Shown here in pieces: positions 57,501 through 64,000 of a DNA stretch of 64,000 nucleotides; the first letter of the stretch is position 1, and every line of letters begins with the position of its first letter. Under the pieces are notes generated by a model, which saw only the letters and a program-made list of their open reading frames with translations, was not told the DNA's origin and ran no database searches. The stretch is taken from the NCBI GenBank assembly GCA_963575745.1, contig CAUYUJ010000259.1, forward strand, positions 186,001 to 250,000. Reading direction: 5' to 3'. A program made the translations under genes and the position numbers. The stretch is from Prorocentrum cordatum (lineage: Eukaryota).

Positions 57501-59724
57501 CCGTTATGCGCTCCCCCATTGTGGCACACTCTTCACGCAGATCCTGTTCCCCGGAGTGCCAGGAAAAGGTGTTCCGAGAGCTTCTGCAAATCGCAGGGGG
57601 CATTCTTCACGCAGATCCATGCGAACAGGGGATCCGTCTCCTCGAGGCAACGAGCTATCCCGCTCGCCTTGCGCCGCCACTCCATGCAATCTCACCGCCG
57701 CTGGGCGGCGTCCCTGCGACGCACAGGGACTCGCGTAAATGTACGTTGTTCTTCAAATCGCGTGGTCGCGCGCGCGGGCCGCATCTCCGTTGCAGCGGTT
57801 TCCCAGAAGACGTTGCGCGTTTGTCGTCGTCGTCGGTTTGAAATCAATCTCGTTGTTTTCGTCATTGATATCGTCGCCGTCGTTTTGAGATCAACATGTC
57901 TTGGGTCATGGGTGGGTGGGACACGGCCAACAGGCTTCAAGTTTGGGCTAGTGGACCCTAACAACTAAGAGCATATAGAGATTTATCCTGAAAGTGCCCT
58001 ATGCCGCCCTTCAATCGCCCCGTTATGCGCTCCCCCATTGTGGCTAGTGGACCCTAAACCCTAAACCCAGAACCTTTAAACCATGGAAATTCCACACAGG
58101 CACAAGGAATCGTCGATTCCCAGGAAAGGCGGGAAAACATGGGAAGTGGGGGGGGAAGACGAAAACCCAGAAAACATCCAGAATCCGGGGGCTTGTGTCT
58201 TTTTTTTTGTGCGTGTGTGTCTTTGGGCCCCTTCACGCGATGCTGTCCCGAGCTGGGGATCATCCGGCCTGATGCAACCCCGACCGAAAAATCTTACAGT
58301 GCATGCTGGGCGGCGGGCGCTTTCTGGCGGTACCGCTCGGGAAACGACACTCTACAAGGTGGACGTATTAGATGTTCGGGTCTCACGCACGACTCCGAGG
58401 AGGACTTGTACGGATCCAGCTTGAGTAAGGAGCACGTACTTTTCAAAAGAGGCTCGGTCGTTCCTTTGGTCCGCATGCGTTCCGCTACTTGTTTTGGCGG
58501 CGAGCTTTCCTGGTGTTCTTTTCGGACGTCGTAGATTTACTTGGAACAAAAAGAGGCTTCGTTCCTTATTTATCAATCCTAATTTGGACGCCCGAGATGG
58601 GTACGTACGGACAATCAGGGTACGATACCGAACAAAATATGTGATCCAACACTTGCAGCGGCCGCTATTGGGCAGGCGGCCTTCTGTCTCGAATGAACAA
58701 CGTCCGCGACGGCGCGGACAGCGAGTCCTGTCCGGAATGAACATGAACTGCTGTTGGGCATCGTGCCCATTCTTTCCGTGCCCATTTCGATCGTCCCGCA
58801 CTGTCGTACGACTGTGTTCTTCTGCGTCCCATGGGGGGCCCGCTGCCAGCAGAGGACTCCGCTTGGCCGCTCGCACTGGCGGCGGTGGTGTGCGCAGCTC
58901 CCTGCCCGCGCGGGCCCCGGGAGCCCGCGCGGAGGGCCGAGATCCGGTGCCCCGCCCCCCGGAAATGCGATGCCAACGGCCGCTCCTCGATCCCCTCGCT
59001 CCCTGGTCCTCGAACCTGGACCCTCGATCCTCGAACCTCGATCCTCGATCCTCGATCCTCGATCCCCGATGCTCGATCCTCCATCTTCCGTCCTCCATCC
59101 TCGAATCTCCCCCCTCTGACCCTGCGGGCCGACGCAGCAAAAACAGTGCGACGTCGCAGAGAATCACGCCGGGAGCCCTGGAACCCACCTCTCCTCCGCA
59201 TTTGTCGCGCCAGATGATCGGCCCGTGGTCCAGGGCCCCGGGATGGGGCGGAAGCGCCTGGTGGGGAAAACTGCAGCGCCCGGTTCTCGAGGGCGCGGTG
59301 CTCTGTTTGGTCTCCCGGCCGTGGGCGCTTTTGCGGCCGTGCTGGCGGACGGCAGCGTGGTGACCTGGGCCTCGCAGGTGGGGTCCGAGAGGATGGGGCC
59401 CGAGGCTGGCGCCGCAGTGCCGAGGCATCGGCGATGCGGCTCGATGTGGAGCCCGAGTGCCTCCGAGCCGACGACGCCGATGCCTCGTTCACGCGGCGCG
59501 ATCCTTCGACCCCACCTGTTCGGACCCCACCCGGGAGGCCCCCAGAGGTGACCTGGGGCGACCCCAGCTGCGGCGGCGACAGCTCTGCAGTGCGGCACCG
59601 GCTGCGCGGCGGCATCGAGCGGGTGTACGCCACGTCATGGGCCTTTGCCGCGGTGGCGGGCGACGGGAGCGTGGTGACGTGGGGCAGCGCGGAGGGCGGC
59701 GGGGACAGCGCCCGCGCGGCCGAG
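31369..59724 (+). CDS. N-acylated ubiquitin-like domain + seven RCC1-like repeat protein (dinoflagellate RCC1/'HERC-like' family); 3' end not located
   Basis: Exons 31369-31417, 39973-40021, 40664-40846, 48118-48269, 49472-49563, 49911-49985, 51246-51260, 51570-51761, 53265-53417, 53762-53812, ~59327-59359 and 59548-59724 give a continuous protein: MGAVCS..., Ubl-like SGEPIL...DTVLRLRLMVQQA...LRWDARLGAAGLSDRDVVTAL, then 7x AFAAxxxxGxxxTWGxxxxGDxxxV. Confidence 0.82.
31519..34846. mobile_element. 3.3-kb non-autonomous DNA transposon with ~25-bp imperfect TIRs and 8-bp TSD (hAT-like by TSD length)
   Basis: TSD GTTTGGAG at 31511-31518 and 34847-34854. Ends TTGTGACATTGGTGTCCTGCTAGAT / ATCTGGCAGGACATCAGAGTCGCAA. 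Inverted subterminal AACTACG motifs. Empty-site homolog at 44884-44891. No transposase ORF seen. Confidence 0.85.
35046..36600. repeat. Two tandem ~780-bp units
   Basis: CATTATT.ATTCTAA.GAATAATTATTGTTGGG restarts at ~35048 and ~35824. Part of the unit recurs in reverse at 14530-14655 and 14795-14915. Confidence 0.85.
36605..36985. repeat. (GTT)n followed by 11-bp CGACCCACCCG minisatellite
   Basis: Visible; the same minisatellite is at 46432-46650. Confidence 0.9.
38044..38203 (+). mobile_element. MITE family A copy
   Basis: TGAAGTCGGGCCTGTCCCTCT...GGACATGCCCGACCTAA; flanks ACTGAAGT/ACGGAGGT (6/8). Confidence 0.82.
39973..40021 (+). CDS. RCC1-like gene putative exon 2
   Basis: NRQLCTRHQSEHAYC, 14/15 codons ending in G/C. 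In phase with exons 1 and 3 only if the donor is GG. Confidence 0.5.
40664..40846 (+). CDS. RCC1-like gene exon 3 (ubiquitin-like domain, first part)
   Basis: ...LVAVYRCWFPTSGEPILERASLRLDDTVLRLRLMVQQAASGRIGALISPGHE; AG|GC donor joins 48118 in frame. Alternative in-phase acceptor at 40676. Confidence 0.75.
41829..42270 (+). mobile_element. MITE family A copy with a second family A copy (41835-41992) inserted in its left TIR
   Basis: Outer TSD CAGTGGTT/CAGTAGTT (7/8); inner TSD TTTTAAGT/TTGTAAGT (7/8). Confidence 0.82.
43233..43393 (+). mobile_element. MITE family A copy (diverged)
   Basis: TTGACTCGGGCACGTCCC...AATCCGCCTGTAGGCGGACATGCCCGACCTAA; flanks GTCAGGTT / GTAAGGTT with a 1-nt register shift. 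Confidence 0.75.
43850..44435. repeat. (CCT)n polypyrimidine tract
   Basis: Visible low complexity. Confidence 0.95.
45200..46110. repeat. Diverged ~84-bp tandem repeat (~11 units)
   Basis: CGCTCCCGCTCGAG-like core recurs near 45213, 45297, 45380, 45462, 45548, 45630, 45713, 45798, 45886, 45967 and 46053. Confidence 0.82.
47644..47813 (+). mobile_element. MITE family A copy
   Basis: AAGTCGGGCATGCCCCTGTACAGG...GGACACGCCCGACCTGA; no recognisable TSD. Confidence 0.75.
48118..48269 (+). CDS. RCC1-like gene exon 4 (Ubl end + repeat 1)
   Basis: LRWDARLGAAGLSDRDVVTALREPPARLHATHWAFAALLGDGRVATWGDA; AG|G and AG|GC borders. Confidence 0.85.
49472..49563 (+). CDS. RCC1-like gene exon 5
   Basis: YGGDSSAVRHQLSGGVRSIHATASAFAAVK; AG|GA donor. 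Confidence 0.85.
49911..49985 (+). CDS. RCC1-like gene exon 6
   Basis: DDGTTVTWGCPGDGGDSSAVQEQLK; AG|GC donor. Confidence 0.85.
51246..51260 (+). CDS. RCC1-like gene 15-nt micro-exon
   Basis: AAG|GGC CAC GTG GTC CAG|GT = GHVVQ, exactly the 5 residues the repeat alignment needs. Confidence 0.68.
51570..51761 (+). CDS. RCC1-like gene exon 8 (repeats 3-4)
   Basis: VCSTHWAFAALKESGQVVTWGDALSAGDSRGVSEQIASGVSTIYSNHEAFAAVKSDGQVVTWGK. Confidence 0.88.
52174..52681. mobile_element. Mini-foldback element: 16-bp TIRs enclosing inverted 14-18-bp tandem repeats
   Basis: TATTCACGACAAGCAA ... TTGCTTGTCGTGAATA. The TTTCGCCACCCAC units flip orientation at ~52285. Confidence 0.85.
52782..53012 (+). mobile_element. 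MITE family A copy with internal duplication
   Basis: Perfect TSD GGCTCGAG at 52774-52781 and 53013-53020. Confidence 0.85.
53265..53417 (+). CDS. RCC1-like gene exon 9 (repeat 5)
   Basis: ARHGGDCSAVRADLAPPVRHIYASSWAFAAVVGDGRVVTWGHPGCGGDSTA; G|GT donor. Confidence 0.88.
53762..53812 (+). CDS. RCC1-like gene exon 10
   Basis: VRQQLSAGVREVCATIG; CAG|G acceptor, donor uncertain. Confidence 0.8.
54650..58050. repeat. Intronic satellite of ~5 diverged 0.4-1.1-kb units
   Basis: TTCAAGTTTGGGCTAGTGGACCCTAA-like unit end near 55280, 55866, 57009, 57417 and 57936. Confidence 0.88.
58052..58082. repeat. Short interstitial telomere-like tract (CCCTAAA)
   Basis: CCCTAAA CCCTAAA CCCAGAA CCTTTAAA CC. TTTAGGG is the dinoflagellate telomere repeat. 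Confidence 0.5.
59327..59359 (+). CDS. RCC1-like gene exon 11 (5' boundary unresolved)
   Basis: AFAAVLADGSV completes repeat 6; no adjacent AG acceptor. Confidence 0.7.
59360..59547 (+). mobile_element. Introner-like intron: GT-AG intron composed of a hairpin MITE (family C)
   Basis: 22-bp TIRs at 59367-59388 and 59520-59541 (20/22); inner perfect 13-bp inverted repeat; GGTGACCTGGG duplicated at both borders. Confidence 0.85.
59548..59724 (+). CDS. RCC1-like gene exon 12 (repeat 7)
   Basis: VTWGDPSCGGDSSAVRHRLRGGIERVYATSWAFAAVAGDGSVVTWGSAEGGGDSARAAE; AG|GC donor. Confidence 0.85.
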
Positions 59725-59760
59725 GCTGGCGGCGCCGTCCGAGGGGAGAGGGCGCCAGCG

Positions 59761-59918
59761 TTAAGTCGGGCATGTTCCTCTACCGGGGGAGTAGTCAAAC
59801 GTAGGCCAAAAATAGTCTGGGGGGCGATGTTTCGACCATCTTTGACATTTTTCGATTATTTTTTGATATTCTTAATTTGTCGTCAAAGTCCGCCTGTACG
59901 AGCACATGCCCGACCTAA
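59761..59918 (+). mobile_element. MITE family A copy
   Basis: TTAAGTCGGGCATG...CATGCCCGACCTAA; flanks CGCCAGCG/GGCCAGCG (7/8). Confidence 0.85.
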
Positions 59919-60819
59919 GGCCAGCGGTGCGAGCAAGGTTTACGGTCGGACCGAGGTATCAGATCGAGGTCGGTTCGGGGAGGGTTCCTTGATGTTTTTT
60001 GTGTTTGTTGGATGTTCTTGCGTCTTCTGGGGGAGGGCACCCTCGAACGTTCCGTTAGTTTTGGCCGGCGGAGGGTCTTATTTTGTTTGAGGGATGTTAT
60101 TGTGGCCTAGGTCCGTTTGTATATCCAAGTGATCCATTCCATACATCAGAGGAGGATAAGGTACCGATGTTCACACGCATGCCGCACTTCCTAATTTTCG
60201 GCTCCTGAGAGGCCCTCGTCGCCACGGCTGGATTCGCCTCGGAACCCTGCTCAGACAGCACCCTGGGAGAGGTCCCCGGGGAAAGGCGGCGGAAGGCCCG
60301 CGGAAGGCGGAAGCACAGCGAAGGCGCCTCCGCTGGTGGAAGCCAGCGGGAGTAAAAGATGCGCCCCTCAGAGATGGCAAGTTTTTGTTGGCTCGGGGCC
60401 TTCGGAACCCACCATATCCCCAAAGACCTTGGGCGCGAACTGAGGGGGGCGATACATGGGGGGGGCAGCGAGGGCTGCAGAAAAGAAACCTTTTTAGGGC
60501 CCCGGAAGGGCCCTGAAGGGGCCCTTTAGGGACCCAGAGTGAGCCTTTATGGCCCAGAAAGGGCACCTGTCTTACACCCCAGTTATCGCCCCCCACTCAT
60601 TCGCGCCCAGATACCCCAAGGAGCCGTGACAGAAGTCGTGTCGAAGGTATTTGTCAGCGTTCGGCCTCTGAGCCCTCAATGAGCCCCGGCGGACCGTCGA
60701 GGAACGACGCGCGCGGGATAAAGCACCGGTGCTGGAGAAGGTGCCCCGACCGCTGGGTGTCCACGCCAGGAACAAGTCATGACGCGTCGGGGGTCTGGGT
60801 CCACGGTGTCCCGGATTGT

Positions 60820-61020
60820 TTCGGCGGCGAGCGAGGGGGGGAGGTGAGAAGGAGGAGGCTTTCTCAGGAGGCGGCGGGACTTCTCAGAAGCCCTCGCGCC
60901 TTTGAGAGGTTTGTTTGTGTCTCCGAGGGAGGTATGGAAAACTTCTCAGAGGGCTGGGGACTTCCGAGCCTTCTGAGAAGGCCCGCCCTTTCCCATTTCC
61001 CCCCAAGGCTCGCCACCGAT
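60820..61020. mobile_element. Palindromic MITE family (GGCGGCGAGC...GCTCGCC termini, TTCTCAGA/TCTGAGAA cores)
   Basis: Related copies at ~37520-37718 and ~63800-64000. Confidence 0.7.
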
Positions 61021-62561
61021 TGTCGGGTAAGTGACTCGAGAACCCGAGGCGCAGTTGGCATGACTATGATCCTGCCCTTCCAGCGGCCTGCTTTTTTCCT
61101 TATCCACTGCGCCGTGGGCCTCAGGGAAGGGAGCCCAGAACTTCGAGGCGCAGTGGATATGGATAATTGAATCGCTTCGCTCACTCTGCCAGCCCATATT
61201 GAATCAGTGCTGCTATATGTTGGCGTGCTCGTGGTGAGCGAGGAGGAGCAGGAGGAGTAGGAGGAGGCGGAGGAGGAGGAGGAGGAGGAGGAGGAGGAGG
61301 AAGAAGAGGGGAGGATGAGGATGAGGAGGACGCCTCTCGATGGCTTTTTGGGGCATTTGTGGGGTCTCTTGGGAGGGCTCTCGGGTGCATCTCAGGCGCC
61401 TCTTCGGGAGCTCGTGGGGGCCTTTGGGGATCTCCTGGGAGAGTCTGGCTCGAAATGTCCAGAGCTCTCGGGAGCTTCTTGGGAGCTCTTGGGGGCCTTC
61501 TTGGAGGCTTTCCGAGGCGGTCTTGGAGAGCTCTTCGGCTTTTTGGGACCGTCTGCGGCTCTGTTGGGCTACTTTGAGGCCCTCCAGGAGGTCTTTTTGG
61601 TTGCCTTGGGCTGTCTTGGAGGCGTGTTGGGCCGCCTTGGGGTCATCATGGGCCGTCTTGGGACCTTCTTGAAGCCTTCTTGGGCCGTCTGGTGGCGATG
61701 TTGAGGGCCTCTTGGGCTGTCCTGCAGCGTCGGGAAGCCGAACAGGTGAGAACGCCCAAATCAAATCCTTCAAAGACCAATGGGAAGTCACTAGTTTTTG
61801 TATCCTGGGGCCTCTGGAGACGCTTCTTGGAGGCGTCTGCAGGCGTCTTCGAGGCGTCTGCGGCCGCGTGGAGGCCATCTTGGGCGTCTTGGACCGATCG
61901 GTCGGCGACTCGGCGCCCTCTCGGACCATCTTGAGGGCCTGCTGAGGCCCTCTTGGAGCGCGCTGAGGGTGCAGAAAACCGCCCCGGGGAGTGCCGGCAT
62001 CCTGGGGCAGACCTTGCCGGGAGCTTGCCGAATCCCTGCCAGGGTACAATTGTCGTCCAGGGACCCCGCGGGGACCGCCCCGCGCCCAGCACTTCGAGGC
62101 GCAGTGGGCATGGATGATTCTTGGATCTTGCCCGCACGGGGGTCGACGACCTCTGGGGGCGGGGGGGGGCGGGTCAGAGAGACTCGCAGGCCTAGAGGTT
62201 GACGCCAACACCACTGTCGGCGGTGTGCCTCCACCGAGGGAGGAAGATTCCGATCTCGGTGATGGTGGTAGTATTCTGGCTTCCGAGGTGACCGAAATAT
62301 CAACACCAGCATCGAGATCTAGGATCATCTTCCCCCTGTGGAGGCAGCCCCCATGTGTTGGCGTTGGTGCTCCTGACCAGGCCTCCGCGAGATCAGTGGC
62401 TGGTGACTGACCAGGGTTTGCCTACTCTTCTGCCCAGAAGCCGGTTACGGCCCCCGTCGCCGGGCGCCCGTCCTCGATCGATGCAGTCTGGCGCCTCACG
62501 GCGCCCGGAGGCGCTGGGGAGACCAGCTGTACAGGAGCTAGTCTATTCCCCCTCGATTGCC

Positions 62562-62724
62562 CTTAAGTCGTGCGTGTTCCTCTACAGGAGGAGCTTTCCA
62601 AAATAGTTTAAAAAATAGTCTGAGGACGATTTGTAGTTTTTTTCACCATATTTCTGAGCGTTTCTGGGGGCGTGTTTTATTGTTCGTCCGAAACCCGCCT
62701 GTATGGGGGACACGCCTGACCTAA
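62562..62724 (+). mobile_element. MITE family A copy
   Basis: TTAAGTCGTGCGTGTTCCTCTACAGG...GGACACGCCTGACCTAA; flanks GATTGCCC/GATGACCC (6/8). Confidence 0.8.
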
Positions 62725-62954
62725 GATGACCCGCCTCCCAGTCCTCCGACCCGAGCGGCGGCCTTGCTAGAAGAGCCTTCCTAGAAGAGCCCTGGGGGGA
62801 GGCTCCCACGAGGGCTGTCGGAGGCCCCCCCCCCGAGGGGCCCCTCCCACGAGGGCCCAGCCGCCTGCCTCCTCGCCCCCCGGCCCCTCCCGCCTTCGCA
62901 GGAAGAGGCCGTCGCCATCGCCCCGCCCCCTCGCCCGAGATCTCCACGACATTA

Positions 62955-62991
<37 letters not shown>

Positions 62992-64000
62992 CTCCTCCTC
63001 CTCCTCCTCCTCCTCCTCCTCCTCTTCCTCCTCCTCCTCCTCCTTATCTATATGTGTGTATGTATGCGTATACATACACACCCGGGTTCAGGGAAGGGTG
63101 GCGGCGTATAGATAATTTATGAGCGCCAGCTGCTGTGTACGCCGACGCCCACCCTGCAGGTACACGCAGCATCCGTCGGAGGGTGTCTGCGTACACATTC
63201 TCGTGACCGGCGTTGGCCCCCGGGCCGGAGGAGTGGTCCGAAGGGGCCTTCCGCGCGCCGTGACCTCCTCCTCCACGGCGCGCGCGACGCCGCACCAGGG
63301 CCAGGGGCAGCATCTCGGGGAGGGGCAGGGCTCGGGGGGCAGGGGCTGGACCAAGCCGCTGCTTTGCTGGGACTCGGCTGTGCTTTGGTTTTTCCTTCTG
63401 GCAGGGAGGTGCAGGAAAACAGGCAGAGCAGAACGAAAAACGACACGAAGACAAAACGAACACGCAACGTTTAGGTCCAGCCCTGTCAGGGGCGGTGGCA
63501 ACGTCAGGGGCCGGTGCCAGTGTCGACAACGTTCGGGGGGGAGAGTGGAAGTTTAACGTTTCGTCGTTTCTGTCTGGGCGGCTTCCCACACTTGGTGGCG
63601 TGGTGGCGTAGGCTGTCGGAGTTTGAACACGTAGGTTTTCGGGCGTCTTCGTCGGTTCTCGGCGGCTTCCCAGCCTCGGGGTGCCCGCCAGCAGCAGCAG
63701 CTGTGCCTCGCCGAGGGGCGGCCTGGGCGGACCGCGCCTCGCGGCGGACGGTCACTGGAGACCCGCGCTATGACCCGAAAAACTAGGCGATGAGGATCAT
63801 CGGCGGCGAGCGAGGGGGGCGACGTGAGAAGGGGCGGGCTTTCTCTCAGAGGGCTCGGAAGTCCCCTGGCCTTCTGAGAAGTTCTCTAAGCCTTCCCCGG
63901 AGACACCGGACACTTCTCAGAAGGCGCGAGGGCTTCCGAGAAGTCCCGCCGCCTGCTGAGAAGGCCTCCTCCTCCTCACCTTCCCCCCCCGACTCGCCGC

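Noticed and set aside
60205..60250. ALVATAGFA as the terminal exon of the RCC1-like gene
   Set aside because: Same sequence as dispersed intronic repeats at ~48820-48860 and ~53490-53530.
63110..63210. Possible exon (+ IIYERQLLCTPTPTLQ or - ENVYADTLRRMLR)
   Set aside because: Strand and frame ambiguous; no partner exon or motif within the window.

Overview
Eukaryotic, GC-rich, repeat-dense DNA with the hallmarks of a dinoflagellate nuclear genome: GC and GA splice donors, short direct repeats at intron ends, same-strand genes and a CCCTAAA telomere-like tract. Prorocentrum-like is my inference, not a database result. Almost all ORFs in the supplied track are microsatellite or repeat artefacts. 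By hand-splicing I reconstruct two + strand genes. (1) A secreted PC-esterase/SGNH-like protein at 12068-25739, 5 exons. (2) An N-acylated ubiquitin-like + 7-repeat RCC1-like propeller protein at 31369-59724+, about 12 exons, including a 15-nt micro-exon, a likely GG donor and one junction with no usable AG. There are also two weaker chains of exon-like fragments (4.4-5.9 kb, and 16.5-21.4 kb inside an intron of gene 1), a decayed non-LTR retrotransposon with RT and RNase H on the - strand, and a 2.6-kb foldback palindrome built from 160-bp units. The introns are mosaics of nested MITE-like elements and satellites. Most notable: a ~155-bp, 8-bp-TSD MITE family whose 11 copies all point the same way as the genes; an intron that is essentially one hairpin transposon (introner-like); and a Russian-doll stack of insertions whose empty site is preserved 10 kb away. 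All gene models are manual and need RNA-seq confirmation.
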